This document shows, piece after piece, positions 12,866 through 25,760 of a stretch of DNA of 50,788 bases. The number at the start of each line of letters is the position of its first letter. Position 1 is the first letter of the stretch. Source of the DNA: Lama guanicoe (lineage: Eukaryota); the NCBI GenBank assembly GCA_013239625.1, contig MU053811.1, positions 10,823 to 61,610 on the forward strand, read 5' to 3'. The notes beneath the pieces are model-generated. The model ran no database searches and was not told where the DNA came from. It saw nothing but the letters and a program-made list of their open reading frames with translations. The translations under genes and the position numbers were made by a program.

Positions 12866-14479
12866 TGCAACAAGAAAGCGAAGAGAACTGGGAGACAGGA
12901 AACAAATGGGCATGCCCACACCCTCCCTTCCACTCAGGGCAGCTTCTCTGTGGTGGGGAGCTTTGCCACAATAACTTGTTTCTTTGTTTCCATTGGTTTC
13001 TTTGTTTCCACTTTACTGCTCAAGCTCAGAAATTCAAGTGAGCCTGGTCCTTCTGCATCCATGCAGAGAGAAGACTGAGCAGGGGTGGGGACCCCACCTG
13101 ACAGAGAATAGAGATGGCTTGTCACCATGCCATGAGACAATCACACCTTCCGGGGTGAAAGGGAACTAAGATAAGGGAGGGGCACAGCAGTGGGACCCCT
13201 GGGTCACCTGCCAGGCTTGCTCTCCCTCCACGTCCACCCTGGGGGCCTGGGTGGTTTTGGAACTCAGCTACAGTGATTAGGCTGAGGGGACTCAGGATAA
13301 AGGACCCTCCGTCTCCACACCGGGTTCCAAGCGCAGCCCCTCTAAGTCTACCCTCTGAGTTTCTGGAACTAACCTGGAAGAATACATGATCAGGCCAGAT
13401 CCAGAGCCGAAGCCACACACGACAGGTGTCACGTGGGGTTGTAACCCCTTGCTCAGTGTTCGGGGTCTCCTTGCAAATCTGCAGAAATCCCTGTTCTGCC
13501 TCATTCCTGGGAGAAACCCCACATCTCCTCCTACTCTGTTCTTCTCTTGAGGCTATTGTCCTGGAGGGATGCAGAGTCCTTGAACCTGGCCTTCCAAACG
13601 TACATAAGCAGCCTGTTCAATAAAACAAATTATGCAGTTTTTCACCTTTGCCAGTTTTTTGATTCCAGAAAGGCTGCGGGACTCTTTCTCACTGTCTCCT
13701 GTGCCCCCACCACTTGGTGGCCCTCTCCTCATGGAAACACGATTTCCCACAACTGCACCCTGCCTCCCAGCTTTTCAGAGGGGAGTGACCCACAAAGACA
13801 CAGGTGTTTGTGAGGATCCTGTCCCCAAGCAGAAAGCCTACTCCTGGAGCCACGGACAGGGATTTGGCTTCCTGAGCTGTTCAGCTCTAATTGAAAGCCT
13901 AAACTGGGGACCCCGAACATTGCTGAATGACCTTCTTAGTCACCTTGGCTGGAGGGGCCTGATTTTCCGTTCTAGAAATGGATGTAGCGCAGCCTCCATT
14001 TTCAGGGCTGACATTCATGATGGATCTAATTCCCCCAACTGCACCCCAGGAAGGAGAGGCCCTTCCATCCCACTGGTTAGAAACCCATCCCAGGGGAGTT
14101 CTGAAGCACCACACCGCTGTCAGGTCCAGCATCCCTGCAGAGTGGCCCCTGTCCCTGAATGAGCCCCTTCTCTGGGCCTTCCCTGCCCTGACATGACCAC
14201 ACCCCAGGTGGTGCTGGGGAAGGCAGGGAGTGCAGTGAGGGGTGGGGGTAACAGAGCCCCTTGCTCTGGAGTGAGGGTTCTTGGGGAGACCACAGAACAA
14301 GGCACACACCTCCCCCACCCTATACCCCAAACTCTTAGCCCCGCCAACACAGAGGCAGCTCTGCGCCCTCTCACCATGGCTCTCCTCTGAGACTGCACCC
14401 AACCCAGCATCTGGCACCCCAGCCCTACCTCCCCTCTTATGACAGATCCCGTCTTCTTGGAAACTGCCTAGCAGCGCTT

Positions 14480-15350
14480 ATTCAAGGCCGGCAGCGGGCC
14501 TGGCGGATCTGCATTTCAGGTGCCCTACCTGGCCAGCAGTGCGTGCCTGGGCTCAGTCCTCTATCTTGCCCATCGGTAACCTGGGTCCACGTCCAGTGCA
14601 AGCGGAGGCCACGGAGCGCAGGCTGATCCCCACACATGGACATGTGAGGGTGCCCCCGCCCCTCTGCCCCGCTGCCCCTCTGCCCCGCCCACTGGTGGCA
14701 GCACCGCCCCAGCCTCCGGCCGGCACCGCCTGTAGGTCAGGACTTCCGCACGGCCCTGCCATCCCGGCCCCGCCCAGCTATCTCATAAGCCTCCCCCCAC
14801 CCCCTCCTGGCCGCGCCCTGGCTCCCATTGGCTCCGCAAGTTCTGCCCTCCCACATCTAGACTCGGGAGGACGCACGACGCAAGCGCTAGGGGAGGGCCC
14901 CGCCGCGTTGCCACGGTTACAGGCGCCGCGCGCCATGCAGGCCGGTGTGCGCTTCTGGGGCGGGGAGCGGGCTCCGGAAGTGTGTAGCTGCCAGGGACCA
15001 GGCGGTGCTTGCTGCTGGGGATGATGGCTTGCTTGGCCGGGTGACTAGTTCTGGCCTGGTCAGTCGGGGGCTGACATCCTGTCTGGGGCGGCATCCCACA
15101 GATGCTAAACGTATGTCCGCGCCATTGGCGGGGCCGGTGGACATGAACCGGGGTGGGATCGGGGTTGGGGTGGTGGCCGGGGAGGGCTGTGGTGCCGGGG
15201 AGCGTGTTGGGGTGGGACGGGGCAGGGCTTGGGCACAGCCTCAAGCTTTCCTCCCTCTCAGGCCCTGGGGCTGGGGCCGCGAGTCTGGGTCGCCTTTGGT
15301 AGCCGCGGCCTCCCAGAACCCCCCGGGAACTGCAGGCGGAGGACCCATCT
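14480..15350 (+). promoter_or_regulatory. CpG-island promoter copied with the POFUT2 fragment
   Basis: High GC/CpG; inverted CCAAT (attgg, ~14826), GC box ggggcgggg at 14957-14965 and ETS/GABP motif CCGGAAGTG at 14974-14982 just upstream of the exon-1 remnant. Confidence 0.75.
14998..15104 (+). pseudogene. POFUT2: POFUT2 exon 1 remnant (disabled)
   Basis: *FWPGQSGADILSGAASHR matches POFUT2 EFWPGQSAADILSGAASRR. The start codon is lost (ccaggcg where ccATGgcg is expected), TAG lies at 15046-15048 and the donor position reads CT (15105). Confidence 0.85.
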
Positions 15351-15989
15351 TAGATGAAGCGGGGCCTTACCCTGGTTTTGAAGAGCCCCAGAATCAGATG
15401 TTGGAATGGGGTTGTTTATCAGCCTTGTTTATCTGCAGGGAAATTTCAGTTCCATCCAGATGTTGGTTCCGTCAGTCAACCTCAGGAATAAGACAAGGGT
15501 CAGTGCCGATAAGCAGTTATCTACGGCTTGACTCAAAATAAACAATGGTAAATGGGACCCTCTCTCTTGAAGTTAGCAGTCTTCTGGGATTAGAGGCCCT
15601 GGCTGAGGATTACATCCTCATCTGCAGTAATGGAGGTTGTGAGAAACACACAGAGAAGGGAGGGGTGTGGTGGCCGTAACTCATTACAGAATCCAGGACC
15701 CTTGCCTGGCTCTAGTGCAGAAGAGTCTCACCTAGGATATGGCAGCAGTTATCAAAGTATATCCAAGTCCACTGAGGTGCAAGACCATTTTCATAGAAAC
15801 GCCGGGATGTCACCTGCCTTTTGCACACTCTTGCTCTCCCGAGTTCCTGTGGGGTTTTCCAGGGAAAATCTGGCCTATGATATCACAAAACAGGGAATGC
15901 AGAGGCAGATAGGAGAATTCAGCTCTCACCAGTCCATAAGAGATTTGCAGAAATTAAAATCACTGCTTTTCTTCTCACTAATGATTTTT

Positions 15990-16214
15990 GTTTTGAAAAA
16001 TAGAATTATATTTTGTTTAAGAGTATTAATGGTACCATACAGTAGATTGTTAATATTTTTAAGTGAATTCATACACTTTTTCTAACTTCTTATTCAACTT
16101 CTAACACAGGAAATATTGATAGATTTAACTCACATAAATAACAGCCTTTTGGAGTTCTCAGTAATTGTTAAGAGTGCATAGGGTTCTGTAGAACAAGAAG
16201 TTTGAGAGCCCCTG
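15990..16214 (+). mobile_element. hAT-Charlie (Charlie4-like) remnant in the POFUT2 intron-1 copy
   Basis: End motif cttttggagttctcagtaattgttaagagtg...aagtttgagagcccctg. Confidence 0.5.
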
Positions 16215-16482
16215 GAGAACGGATGCTCAGGTGCTAGTCAGGTGCTTAGTGGTGTTAGACAGACGCCAAGATGTCTTCCGCAACTGTTCCCGGACTTGAA
16301 GTAATTGGCCACATGAAGATGGGTGGGCAGTGCCTCCACTCTACAAACCAGAAGCTGCTGAATGTGTCTGGATTCTAGGCCATGGGCTATGCAGGGATTC
16401 CCATTGTATCTGTTCTATCTAAGCCGGGATTCCTGTGCAGAGGCCTGGCCCTGAAGACCCGCTCTCCTTTGCTCCCTGCCAG

Positions 16483-16732
16483 GTACCTTCTGTGTGACTT
16501 GAACCCTCCAGAGGGCATCAGCCTCCGTAGGAACGTCTGCATCCACATTGCCTTCCTCCTGAAGACCCTGCTGAAGATGGAGGAGCCGGTACTGGTGCTA
16601 GCCCCTTGGGGCCACCTCTACCACTGGCAGAGCCCCGACATCAACCAGGTCTGGATTCCCTGGTCCGATTCCTTTAACCTCCCAAGTCTCAAAAGAAACA
16701 TCCTGATATTGAGTATGAGCAGTTCATTGCAG
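16483..16732 (+). pseudogene. POFUT2: POFUT2 exon 2 remnant (frameshifted)
   Basis: [73 protein letters not shown] aligns to POFUT2 [81 protein letters not shown] continues in another frame. The ccctgccAG acceptor and GTGAGG donor are intact. Confidence 0.93.
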
Positions 16733-17204
16733 GTGAGGTGGTGGTCATTTAACTGGGGCCAGGTGGTCGTTGTTCTGGTTCCGATCTGAACATCGGGCCA
16801 TCTTACTTTGGGCTTGTCGTTCTGCTTAGGGGTCTTGCTCATGTTTCCCACACTGCAGGTGAATTTGGTTTTTCCATAGTATTTTCAGGAAATAAATTTG
16901 AAGTGTATGAGCTCTATGTCCCCTCACCTCTGAAAACCCTGGCCTCCTGGTGAGATGGAGCGATGACAAGGAGGCCACTGCCACAGAGGCCTTGTCCCAG
17001 AAAGACTCGCTCCCTGTGCACTCAGGGCTGTTCTTACCTGTAGGAAAACACGATGTGTGTGTAGCATGGGCCACGTGCTGAAGAAGATATGTAACTGCCC
17101 ATCCAGTATAATTTGGTCCTGCTCAAGCTACCCATTTTAAGTTTTGTAAGAAGGAAGAGTTCAAGATTTTCTTTGAATAAAGGTATTTAGAGCTTATCAA
17201 TGTT

Positions 17205-18800
17205 TTTAAAATCGAAATGTGTTTGATTTACAATGTTTTGTTAGTTTCAGATATACAGCTGTTTTGTTAGTTTCAGGTATACAGCATAGTGATTCAGTTG
17301 TACATATACATAGCCTATTCTTTTTCAGGTTCTTTTCCATTATAGGTTGCAAGATACTGAATATTGTTCCCTGTGTTCTACAGCGAATCCTTGTCGTTTG
17401 TCTGTTTTACATATAGTAATTAGTATCTGTTGATCCCAAACTCCTAAGTTTGGTTTATAAGTCTGTGAGTCTGTTTTTGTTTTATAAATAAGTTCATTTG
17501 TATCATTTTTTTAAAATTCCACATATAAATGATATCATATGATACTTGTCTTTGTCTGATTTATTTCACTTAGTGAGATAATCTCCAGTTCCATCCAAGT
17601 TGCTGTAAATGGCCTTGTTTCCTTCTTTGTTATGACTGAGTAATATTGTTATGTCTAAATACCACATCTTTTTCCAGTCATCTGTCAGTGGACGTTTAGG
17701 TTGCTTTTATGTCTTGGCCATTGTAAACAGTGCTCCTGTGAACATTGGGGTGCAGGTATCTTTTGGAATTATGGTTCCTTCTGGATATATGCCCAGGAGT
17801 GGGATTGCTGGATTAGGTGATAACTTTTTTTTTTTTTGTCTTTTGAGGAATCTCCATACTGTCTTCCACAGTGGCTGCAACAAACTATATTCCCACCAAC
17901 AATGTAGGAGAATTTCCTTTTCTCCACAGCCTATCAGGCATTTATGGTTTGTGGACTTTTGAATGATGGCCATTCTGACTGGTGTGAGATGATAACATTG
18001 TAGTTTTGAGCTGCATTTCTCTGATAATTGAGCGATATTTAGCATTGTTTTACATGCCTATTGGCCATTTGTGTGTCTTCATTGGAGAAATTCTTGTTTA
18101 GTTGTTCTGCCCTTTTTTGGAGTTGGTTATTATTTTTTTCTTATTTAGTTGTATGAACTATTTATATAGTCTAGAAATTAAGCCATGGTCAGTCTCATAT
18201 TTTGCAAATATTTTCTCCCATTACATAGGTTGTCTTTTTGTTTATTTGTTTTACGGTTCTTTTGCTGTGCAAAAGTTTATAAGTTTAATTAGGTCTCATT
18301 TATTTATTTTGTCTTTTATTTCTGTTGCTTGGGTTGCTTAGATTGCCCAAGGAAAACATTGCTGAGATGTATGTCAAATAATGTTTTGCCTATGTTTTCT
18401 TGTTAGAAGTCTATAGTGTCTTGTCTAATATTTAAGTCTTTAAGCCATTTTGAGTTTGTTTCTTTTTGGTTTTTTTGTGAATCTATTGTATGCTTTTGAT
18501 TTGTGGTTACCTTATTCTTCAAATATATCAACCCATTACTATATCTTTTTCCTTTAGACTGATAATCACTTAGGCTCCAACACATCCTAAGAATAACGAA
18601 GAAAAAAAAGAAAGAAAAAATCTATATTTTCTTGCTCCCCTCTCCCATTCCCACCTTTTTTTATTTTGATGTCCTTTTTCATTTTTACATCTTTATGTTT
18701 TTTCTCTTGTATCTCGTTATTGCATTTCCAACTATGGTTTTCCTGTTTCTATAGCGGCCTGGTTACTTTCTGTTTAGAATAGAACTTTTAATGTCTCTGT
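17205..18800 (-). mobile_element. LINE-1: 3' UTR and ORF2 C-terminus joined at ~18460 to an upstream inter-ORF-like L1 segment
   Basis: ORF 17707-18045 gives YHLTPVRMAIIQKSTNHKC..CGEKEILLHCWWE..LQPLWKTVWRFLK..PAIPLLGIYP, the L1 ORF2 cysteine-rich end; SKWLKDLNIRQDTI lies at ~18410-18450. Confidence 0.9.
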
Positions 18801-19263
18801 TATGTTCAATATTGCTGAGTTATCTCCCCTCCCCCTTTCCCCTCCCCCCCGGTCTCTAAATACTCAGTCCTGGAAAGCTAAACCATTCTAGCCTTCATCG
18901 GTTATGGGAAAGCAATCTTCAGAGTGGGAAAAAAATTGAAAAATAATATTCTGTGAGTTGCTTTCTACCCTTGCCCAGAGATGAGAAACATCTGAAGGTG
19001 GAGGAAAAAAGTTGGAGGTGGGGAACACAAAGTCTTTTCTCCTTTTGCTACTGAAGAAATGATTGCTTTTGTAATTAGTGATGATGCCCTTTAAATTGGT
19101 GAGATCGAGATTCCACAGCTTCAGCGCCTGTGAATAACCAGCTGGGAGAAAGCTCTCTAGGGCCCCTGCAGTGGGAAAGGCAGCCCCTCTGAGCACTTGT
19201 TGTTCTCTATTCTTCCTGCCTCCACACGGGTTCGCAAGGCACCCTGCAGGACAATGCAGTTAC

Positions 19264-19638
19264 CCAAGGTGGATGACGGGGAGAACCCTGCTGTGTGGCG
19301 AGCCACAGGAGCCCACAGTTGATGGACAAACTGTAGAGTAGTGGGGCGGACATAGGAACAGAGGATGGTTGAGACCCAGGATATTGTCCTGCCGTCCAGC
19401 AGCCAAGGTTGCTGGGGCAGATGGGGCCCTGGGGTATTGGCAGTCCTTGAGGGATCTGAAGCAATGATAGCAACCAAGAGACTGGATTCGTGTGGGGGTA
19501 CAGTGCCGCTTGGAGGCTGCGGGGCAGCTCAGCGAGCCCAGGGGGAGCAGGCACTTCCCCAAAGCTGGGTTGACAGGTCACAACCAATTCACTGGGAACC
19601 GAGAGGCACTGAGTCATTTTTAACTTTTGTCCCTCTTC
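19264..19638 (-). CDS. Candidate fully open 375-nt internal exon, Pro/Leu/Ser-rich, parent unknown
   Basis: Acceptor tttcttttccAG and donor TGG|GTAACT; phase 0-0; 125 codons without a stop (EEGQKLKMTQCLSVPSELVVTCQPSFGEVPAPPGLAELPRSLQAALYP...RHPPW). Confidence 0.3.
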
Positions 19639-19849
19639 CTGGAAAAGAAACTGCTGCCTGTTAAATAGCCTGTGTCATTAGTGAGAATCAAAGACATGAA
19701 GCAAGATTGTCTCAAAAGTCATCCATTGTGTAGTTGTTAATAAAGTCAAATGCAAAATAGATGAAATGAATCATTCATCAGAGGATTTTAAAATCCTTTA
19801 AAATAAAAATTCTTGCTGCCTTTGTTCTTCATTTCAGGGTTCACTTGGT

Positions 19850-20225
19850 GATAATAATAGTAAACAAAGCAACAGCAAACCCTTACAGAACTCTGTCCTG
19901 CTGTTGCAGGAACGCTGTTTTCACGACAATTCAATGAGTTGGCACCACTATGAATTCCACCTTAAAGGTAAGGACATTCATTAATCACATTGCTAATAAA
20001 TGGCAGAGCTGGGATTTGAATCCAAGCTGTCTGGCCCCAGAGGCCCCTCTCAGCCCCTTCACTGCAGCTCATCACTTGGCATGCCCAACACAGGCCAGCA
20101 TTTAAAAGCAGCATGACCTTGGCCAAGGTTGTTTCACCGCTTGGTCTCTGTTTCCTCATCTGTAGAATGGGGGTGTGGTCAGTGAACTCTCTGAGCTCAG
20201 TGATCACTTCTTCCAGCTCTGCTAT
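19850..20225. mobile_element. Two MIR fragments in opposite orientation
   Basis: aaatggcagagctgggatttgaatccaagctgtctgg (minus) and tgaccttggccaag...tctctgtttcctcatctgtagaatgggg (plus). Confidence 0.7.
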
Positions 20226-20899
20226 TCTACTGCTTTGAGTAAGTTTGGTAAGTATCCGAGCTCCTACATGGCCCAAACATGGGCTGGTGCTTTGCTAGGC
20301 CCTGGGTTATGGAGAAAAGTAAGATCAACCTGCTTCTCTGAGGAGCCTGTGTCCCTCCATGGGAAGGAGCTGTGAGGCCCAGGCTCCCTCACTGGCTGTC
20401 GGGGGCTGGGCAGGAAAGTCTGATAAGAGACGATGGAGGCAGAGCCCCTCCGGGAATACTGGTGGCGACACAGCTCTCAGGAGCGAGAGCCTCTGTCCAG
20501 GCTGCTGAGAGGAGGGTCCTCATGAGGCCAGTAGTCCCCCCAACCTAAGCCCTCAGGACAAAGATCCAGCCACCCATGCAGTGTCACCATAGAGCCAGTC
20601 CATCCTCATCTCTGTGCCTCTGTGCTCCTTTGTCCTGGAGTCTCTCTTCCCCCTACACCCAGAAGATTTTTCTCCCTCTCTTCTCTGAGTGTTCCCTCAG
20701 TTCACCCGTGGTCCCTGCTTCCTGGGTAACCATCTCTGGAGTTGACGCTTTGCCACCTCACACACCCCTGTTTGATCAGGTGCCTGGATTGTCCTCCTTG
20801 TGCTCACTTTCCACCTTCAGATCATTGCTCCTCCTCTCTTGGGAGCACCTGAAAAACCCAGATCATTTCCTAGCAGTGCCTGCCACCCTGGCCTCCCTG

Positions 20900-21670
20900 C
20901 TCATCTGCCTCAGTCAGGAGCACCTGGACCACCAGCTCTGTATTTCCTCACCTCCTACCAGTATGACTTCAAAGTTGATTCTCCCTCCACCACTCAGTAT
21001 GATCATTTTAGGGTCTTCTTCTCCGTCAGCCTGAGCCAGCCACCCCCCATTCACCCTATCCCCAGGCTCATACCCGGGCTTGTCTCCTTCCAGGTTCAAG
21101 CCTCTCTCCTTGAAGTGCCCACCTCTACCAGTCCAGCTGCTTCTCCACCAGCATCCCTGGCCCTCCTTCACCCTTACTGGGGCATCAAGCATTGACTCTT
21201 CTGCTTTCCTGCCTGTCCACGTTCCTCTTACTTCCACTTCCCCACCTTCCAGCTCTGTATCCAGTCAGCAAACTCTTTATGACAAACAAAACCCCCTTGA
21301 CCCTTGATCTTTCCAGTTCCTCACCAGGACGACTTCCATCTCGGTTCACCCAGCTCTATTTTTTCTGAGCCTGCAGGCAGCAGGCTCTCCCAGCACAGAT
21401 TTCTAAGACTACAAATCAATGCCCACCATGTTGCCACTGCCAGGCAATCCTCCAGGATTTCTCTAGTGAGCACATTTCCCCACTTATCACTCAGTCGTGT
21501 CAACATTCTATGCTCTCTGCACACCTCTAAGCTTCCCTCTGTCTCTTCCCTGACTCCCAGCAGATGGCCTTGCCTCCTGCTTCAGAGAGAATGACATGTT
21601 ACTGGAAAGGAACTCACTCACCTGCAGCAAATCTGCTCACCTCACCTTTTATCTGTCCCTCTCCCACCTG
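20900..21670 (+). mobile_element. Old LINE-2-like remnant
   Basis: Pyrimidine-rich, L2-like phrasing (cttgcctcctgcttcagagagaa...ggaactc); bounds approximate. Confidence 0.4.
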
Positions 21671-22099
21671 GACTCTAGCTGTAGTTGTTCTTAATTCAGT
21701 GAGTTTAGTTGACATATATATACACAGTTAAAAGCATAGCACACTATAGGCTACCTTCTAGGGCTTAATTTTTCAATTTAATATAGTGTGTATCATTCAT
21801 CCATTTAGTTGCATGTACCTGCAGTTCATTTGTTTTAACTGATCTTATATATTGTGTGTGTTAAAATAACACAAGAGAAGGGTAAGCCAGGATTAAGGAT
21901 GCTGGTTACTTCCTGTGAGAAGATGCCAAGTGCAGGACAGGGAAAGAGGACACAGTATGTCACTGTCAATATTCCTGTTATGATGCTGGATGATATGTTC
22001 ACAACTGTGTCTTATAACATTAATTTTAATACGTAAATTCCTCTGATAGGCACCTAAGATAAGAATGTGTCATGAACCAAGACATACAATAGGTAAAAT

Positions 22100-22400
22100 T
22101 ACATCATTATTGTTATGTAATCTTGTTATATTATATATTAATGATAATCTTACATTATTTGTTATGGGTTATATATTATATAGATGCATGAATTATATAT
22201 TATGTATATAAACACCTACATATGTATTATATAAAATCTGCTAATAAATAAACAGAACATAATATGCTAGTATATCTTCTATTATGTGTTATTTAATAAA
22301 TAATAACATACTATATCCTGTTATATGACATGGCACATAATCTTTAATAACATAAGAAATCTGTCAATTATATTGGTAATTATTAAAATTAAAAAAAAAT
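22100..22400. repeat. AT-rich low-complexity tract
   Basis: Repeated TATA/TTAT/ATAA words. Confidence 0.7.
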
Positions 22401-24768
22401 AGCCCGCAACTTTTAACCCGACACCGCTCCAGGTGTCACTGTCTTTTCTCCTCCCTTTTATGGTCGAACTCCTCACAGTGCTATCCGTTCCCCCTTTCAT
22501 CTCCTTATCCTGAACATTCCTCCTTCTCCCTTCCCATGCTGCCTTCTGCCCCGGGGTCCCTCTAGTCACCAGCGGCCTCTGGAGCACTGATTTCCGGGCA
22601 CGGTCTCAGACCCCAGCTCACCCGCCTGTCCGCCGCCTCTGTCACCGCTGGTGGGGCGGGGCGGGGGGCAGAGTGCACCTGTTGTCCTGGAAGAGAACAC
22701 AGAACAGACTCAGTGAGCAGCAGCAGGTGTGGCCGGGACCTGCAGGACTGGGGGGAGAGCCAAACTGTCTGCATCCAGACCGGGGGCACTCGGAGTGTGA
22801 AGAAACCCAGTCCTCACTGCCCCTGAAGTGAGGAAATCACCCTCAGGTGAGTTAAAGTGCTTATGACCTAGGTCTGTTGGCTGGAAAGGACAAACGGGCC
22901 CCTAAGTGGAGGGTAGTTGATGTTCCAGGCCCCACGAAAGCCCTAAGGGCTGGCTGCGAACCAGGCTGGATGCTGCACTGGACCCAGTGCCCCCTCGGGG
23001 GTGGGGCCTTTGGGAACAAGCAGAAAGCCCTCGGTCTCTGGGTGGAACGGGGCAGTCTGGGAGCATCCCTGCAATGAGTCAAGTGAAGTCAGGGTCTGTG
23101 GGATCCATTTTCATGGCCACATCGATCCTCATCAGAAGCCACAGTAGGAGTGGATTCCTGTCTCTCCAGCTGTCATCCTCGTGCCTGAGTGCCAGGCTTC
23201 AGACCCGATTCCCTGGGGCGCTAGGACAGTTATAGACAGAGGTGGCTCGGGGAGGCCTCAAGAGGGCGATACTGGCCTTCCTGCCGACACAATTACACGA
23301 AGATGAAACAATCCATCGATGGGAAGAAAATAAGAACCATGGTCACATCTAGACCCCAAGCCGTGGTGCATGGGTGACATTTATCGACAATCCAGCGAGG
23401 TTCTGGCCAGAGTTAGAGTCCAGGGCAACAAGCCGTAAGTGACACTGAGGAGCATCATTGTGCAGAGGCTGGACTGGGGGTCTGCAGGCTCCTCCCAGGA
23501 GAAGCCTCAGCGTTTGGGATGTGGCTAATATGCCTCCTTCGTGTCACCAGCAAGTGATGCCACCTGCAGAAAATCAGCTGTAATCCTGAGATGGGTCAGC
23601 CCTGAGTGATGTGATAAAGGCTCCTACAAGAGGGGGCGCCAGATGGACAGTGAACCAACAAACAGGCTGAGGAGATTCCCGCCTGTGTTTATCGTGCATT
23701 CATAGCCAAGAATGAGGAGAGAGTTGAATGGCTCACCATGAATATTTTAACAACTTGAGAGGTTTCCATGTCTCACTGCATTTAAGTGTCACCTGGAGGA
23801 ATTCAGGAAGTGTTTAGACCCAGGGGAGGCTAACGGCCTCTAGTTCCTCATCAACCTGGCAAGCCCATCAGCCCTCTATGGCCAAACCTTGGCAAGTGCC
23901 TTCCCTTATTATAACAAAACCCTTCCCACGCACGCCTGTGATAAGCTTTTTTTTTAATTAATTGGAATGAGGATACCTTACAGCCTCCTCAGACCTTTCC
24001 TTAGGGCTTCTTGCCTTAGAACCCGTCAAGGGGGCCCGCTGCCCTGGGTCCTGCACTGCAGAGGGTCCCCCTGGCCCTGACACTTCCTCTGGCCACGCCC
24101 TCCATCGGGTGGAATCAGCAGGGCCAAGGGGACATGGTCATTGGCTCCATCCCGTGCTCTAGAAACCCAGGATCCCGAATGCCCTGCCTCAGCAGTCCCT
24201 GACCTATTTCTAGTGCCTGCACCGTCTCTCCCCGGAGTTCAGATTCCCAGGACTCACAGAGAGGCCAAAGGGCAGCTGTTGGCATGGAGGGTATGAGCAG
24301 AGCCCGGACATGAAATCTGATTGTCCCCCTGTTCACATCCAAGGCCTCTTGTGGCAATGGATCTACCCAGCATTGGGAAGAAAAGGGTCAGGCTAGTGAT
24401 CAGAGACTGAGAATCTGCTCTCCCCGCACGCTCACTTTCATTGCAGGACTCCCCTGAGTCTGTGAATTCTAATTTTGAACCTGGCCTTCCCCCTTATAAT
24501 GAATGTGTATTTGTAAAGTCAGGACCTTAGAATCTCCTGCAATTAAAATGTTTAAATATATAGGGTGTGAGCTCCCAGGTATGCTCTGGTCCTGCACTTC
24601 CAAAGGTCCATAGCAGTTATGTTGGCTCGACTGAGACTGTAAGTGGCAAAGACCGTCTCCAGAGAGGAGGGGCTCCTGCTTCATGCTCGGAAGTCAGGAT
24701 CTTCTGAGCGGATAAAACGATGGACACTGAGACCCTCAATTGTAAATTGGTTTAGAATAACGCCAAAG

Positions 24769-25027
24769 GTGTGTATGACGTGTGTGTGCACACATACGCA
24801 CCTGGGGAATTGTGTGGTACATGACTGTGAGTGTGTGTGTGGCTGTGCGCGCGTGCGCCTGGAGATGTATGTGCTTGTGAGTATGCTATGTTTGTGTGTG
24901 TGCATGAGGATGTGTGTGGTTGTGTGTATAGTATGTGTGTGTGTGGTACATGAGTCCATGTACGTGTGTGTAGGGAAGTATGTGGAGCAGAGTCAGTGTG
25001 TCTGCACGTGTGTGTGTATGTGCATGC
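24769..25027. repeat. Degenerate (TG)n simple repeat
   Basis: Interrupted TG dinucleotide runs. Confidence 0.9.
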
Positions 25028-25760
25028 ATTAGTTTTAACAGTAGAAGCTGTCCTTTAGAATTCTGAAGTAGTAAAATTTGTATGATGTCTTTCGCTGTAT
25101 AATTCAAAATTAAAAAAGTCTTCAGTCACCAGAAATTCATTCCCCCCCGATTCTGATTTTTTTTTCCATATTTATATGTCTTCATTTTACTGATGAGGAA
25201 ACTTAGCTTAGAGATGCTAACTGACTCAACCAAGGGCATGGAGCTCGCGCGCCCAGGGCCAGGATACAAGCCACGCCAGAGGCCTGGAGCCCTGCTCAAG
25301 ATCACGCGTGGCCTCTTGGCGGGGGAACAGATTCTGATGGGCTGTGGCCAGCGTGCAGGCTGCCCAAGCCGAGGACTCAGGATGCTGGGCGGAGAGTACC
25401 AGACAGCAGACAATAGTGAAGCCCTGCTCAGAAATCAGATAGGTTCCTAGGTCTTGGAAGAGTAAGGAGGCTTACTGCTCATCCTTGATCCCTTTGCTGG
25501 TGGCCAAAAGGGACCAAGGCCCACGAGAGCACTTCTGGGAGCTGCCTGCCAACACCTGGAAAAGGACTGCTCAGGACTGGCTCTGCAGTAGGAGCAGAGG
25601 AAGGAAATGTCGCCTCTTGGTGGACATTCTTGGAGGAGCAGGGCCTTAGCGGATGATCGTTTTCACCTCTCTTAAAAATCATTGCTTCATATATTGTATC
25701 CATTTTGTGGTTTACTTTAGGATTGTAAATATGGTCTCTGTTACTCCATATTAGATTAGC

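Noticed and set aside
12934..13140. Minus-strand ORF with VETKKPMETKK repeat
   Set aside because: Caused by a 14-bp local duplication (ggaaacaaagaaac); weak splice signals and no recognisable product
16382..16789. 135-aa ORF as an intact gene
   Set aside because: It is intron sequence read into the frameshifted POFUT2 exon 2
24643..25107. Cys/Val- and His/Thr-rich ORFs
   Set aside because: Translations of the (TG)n/(CA)n repeat
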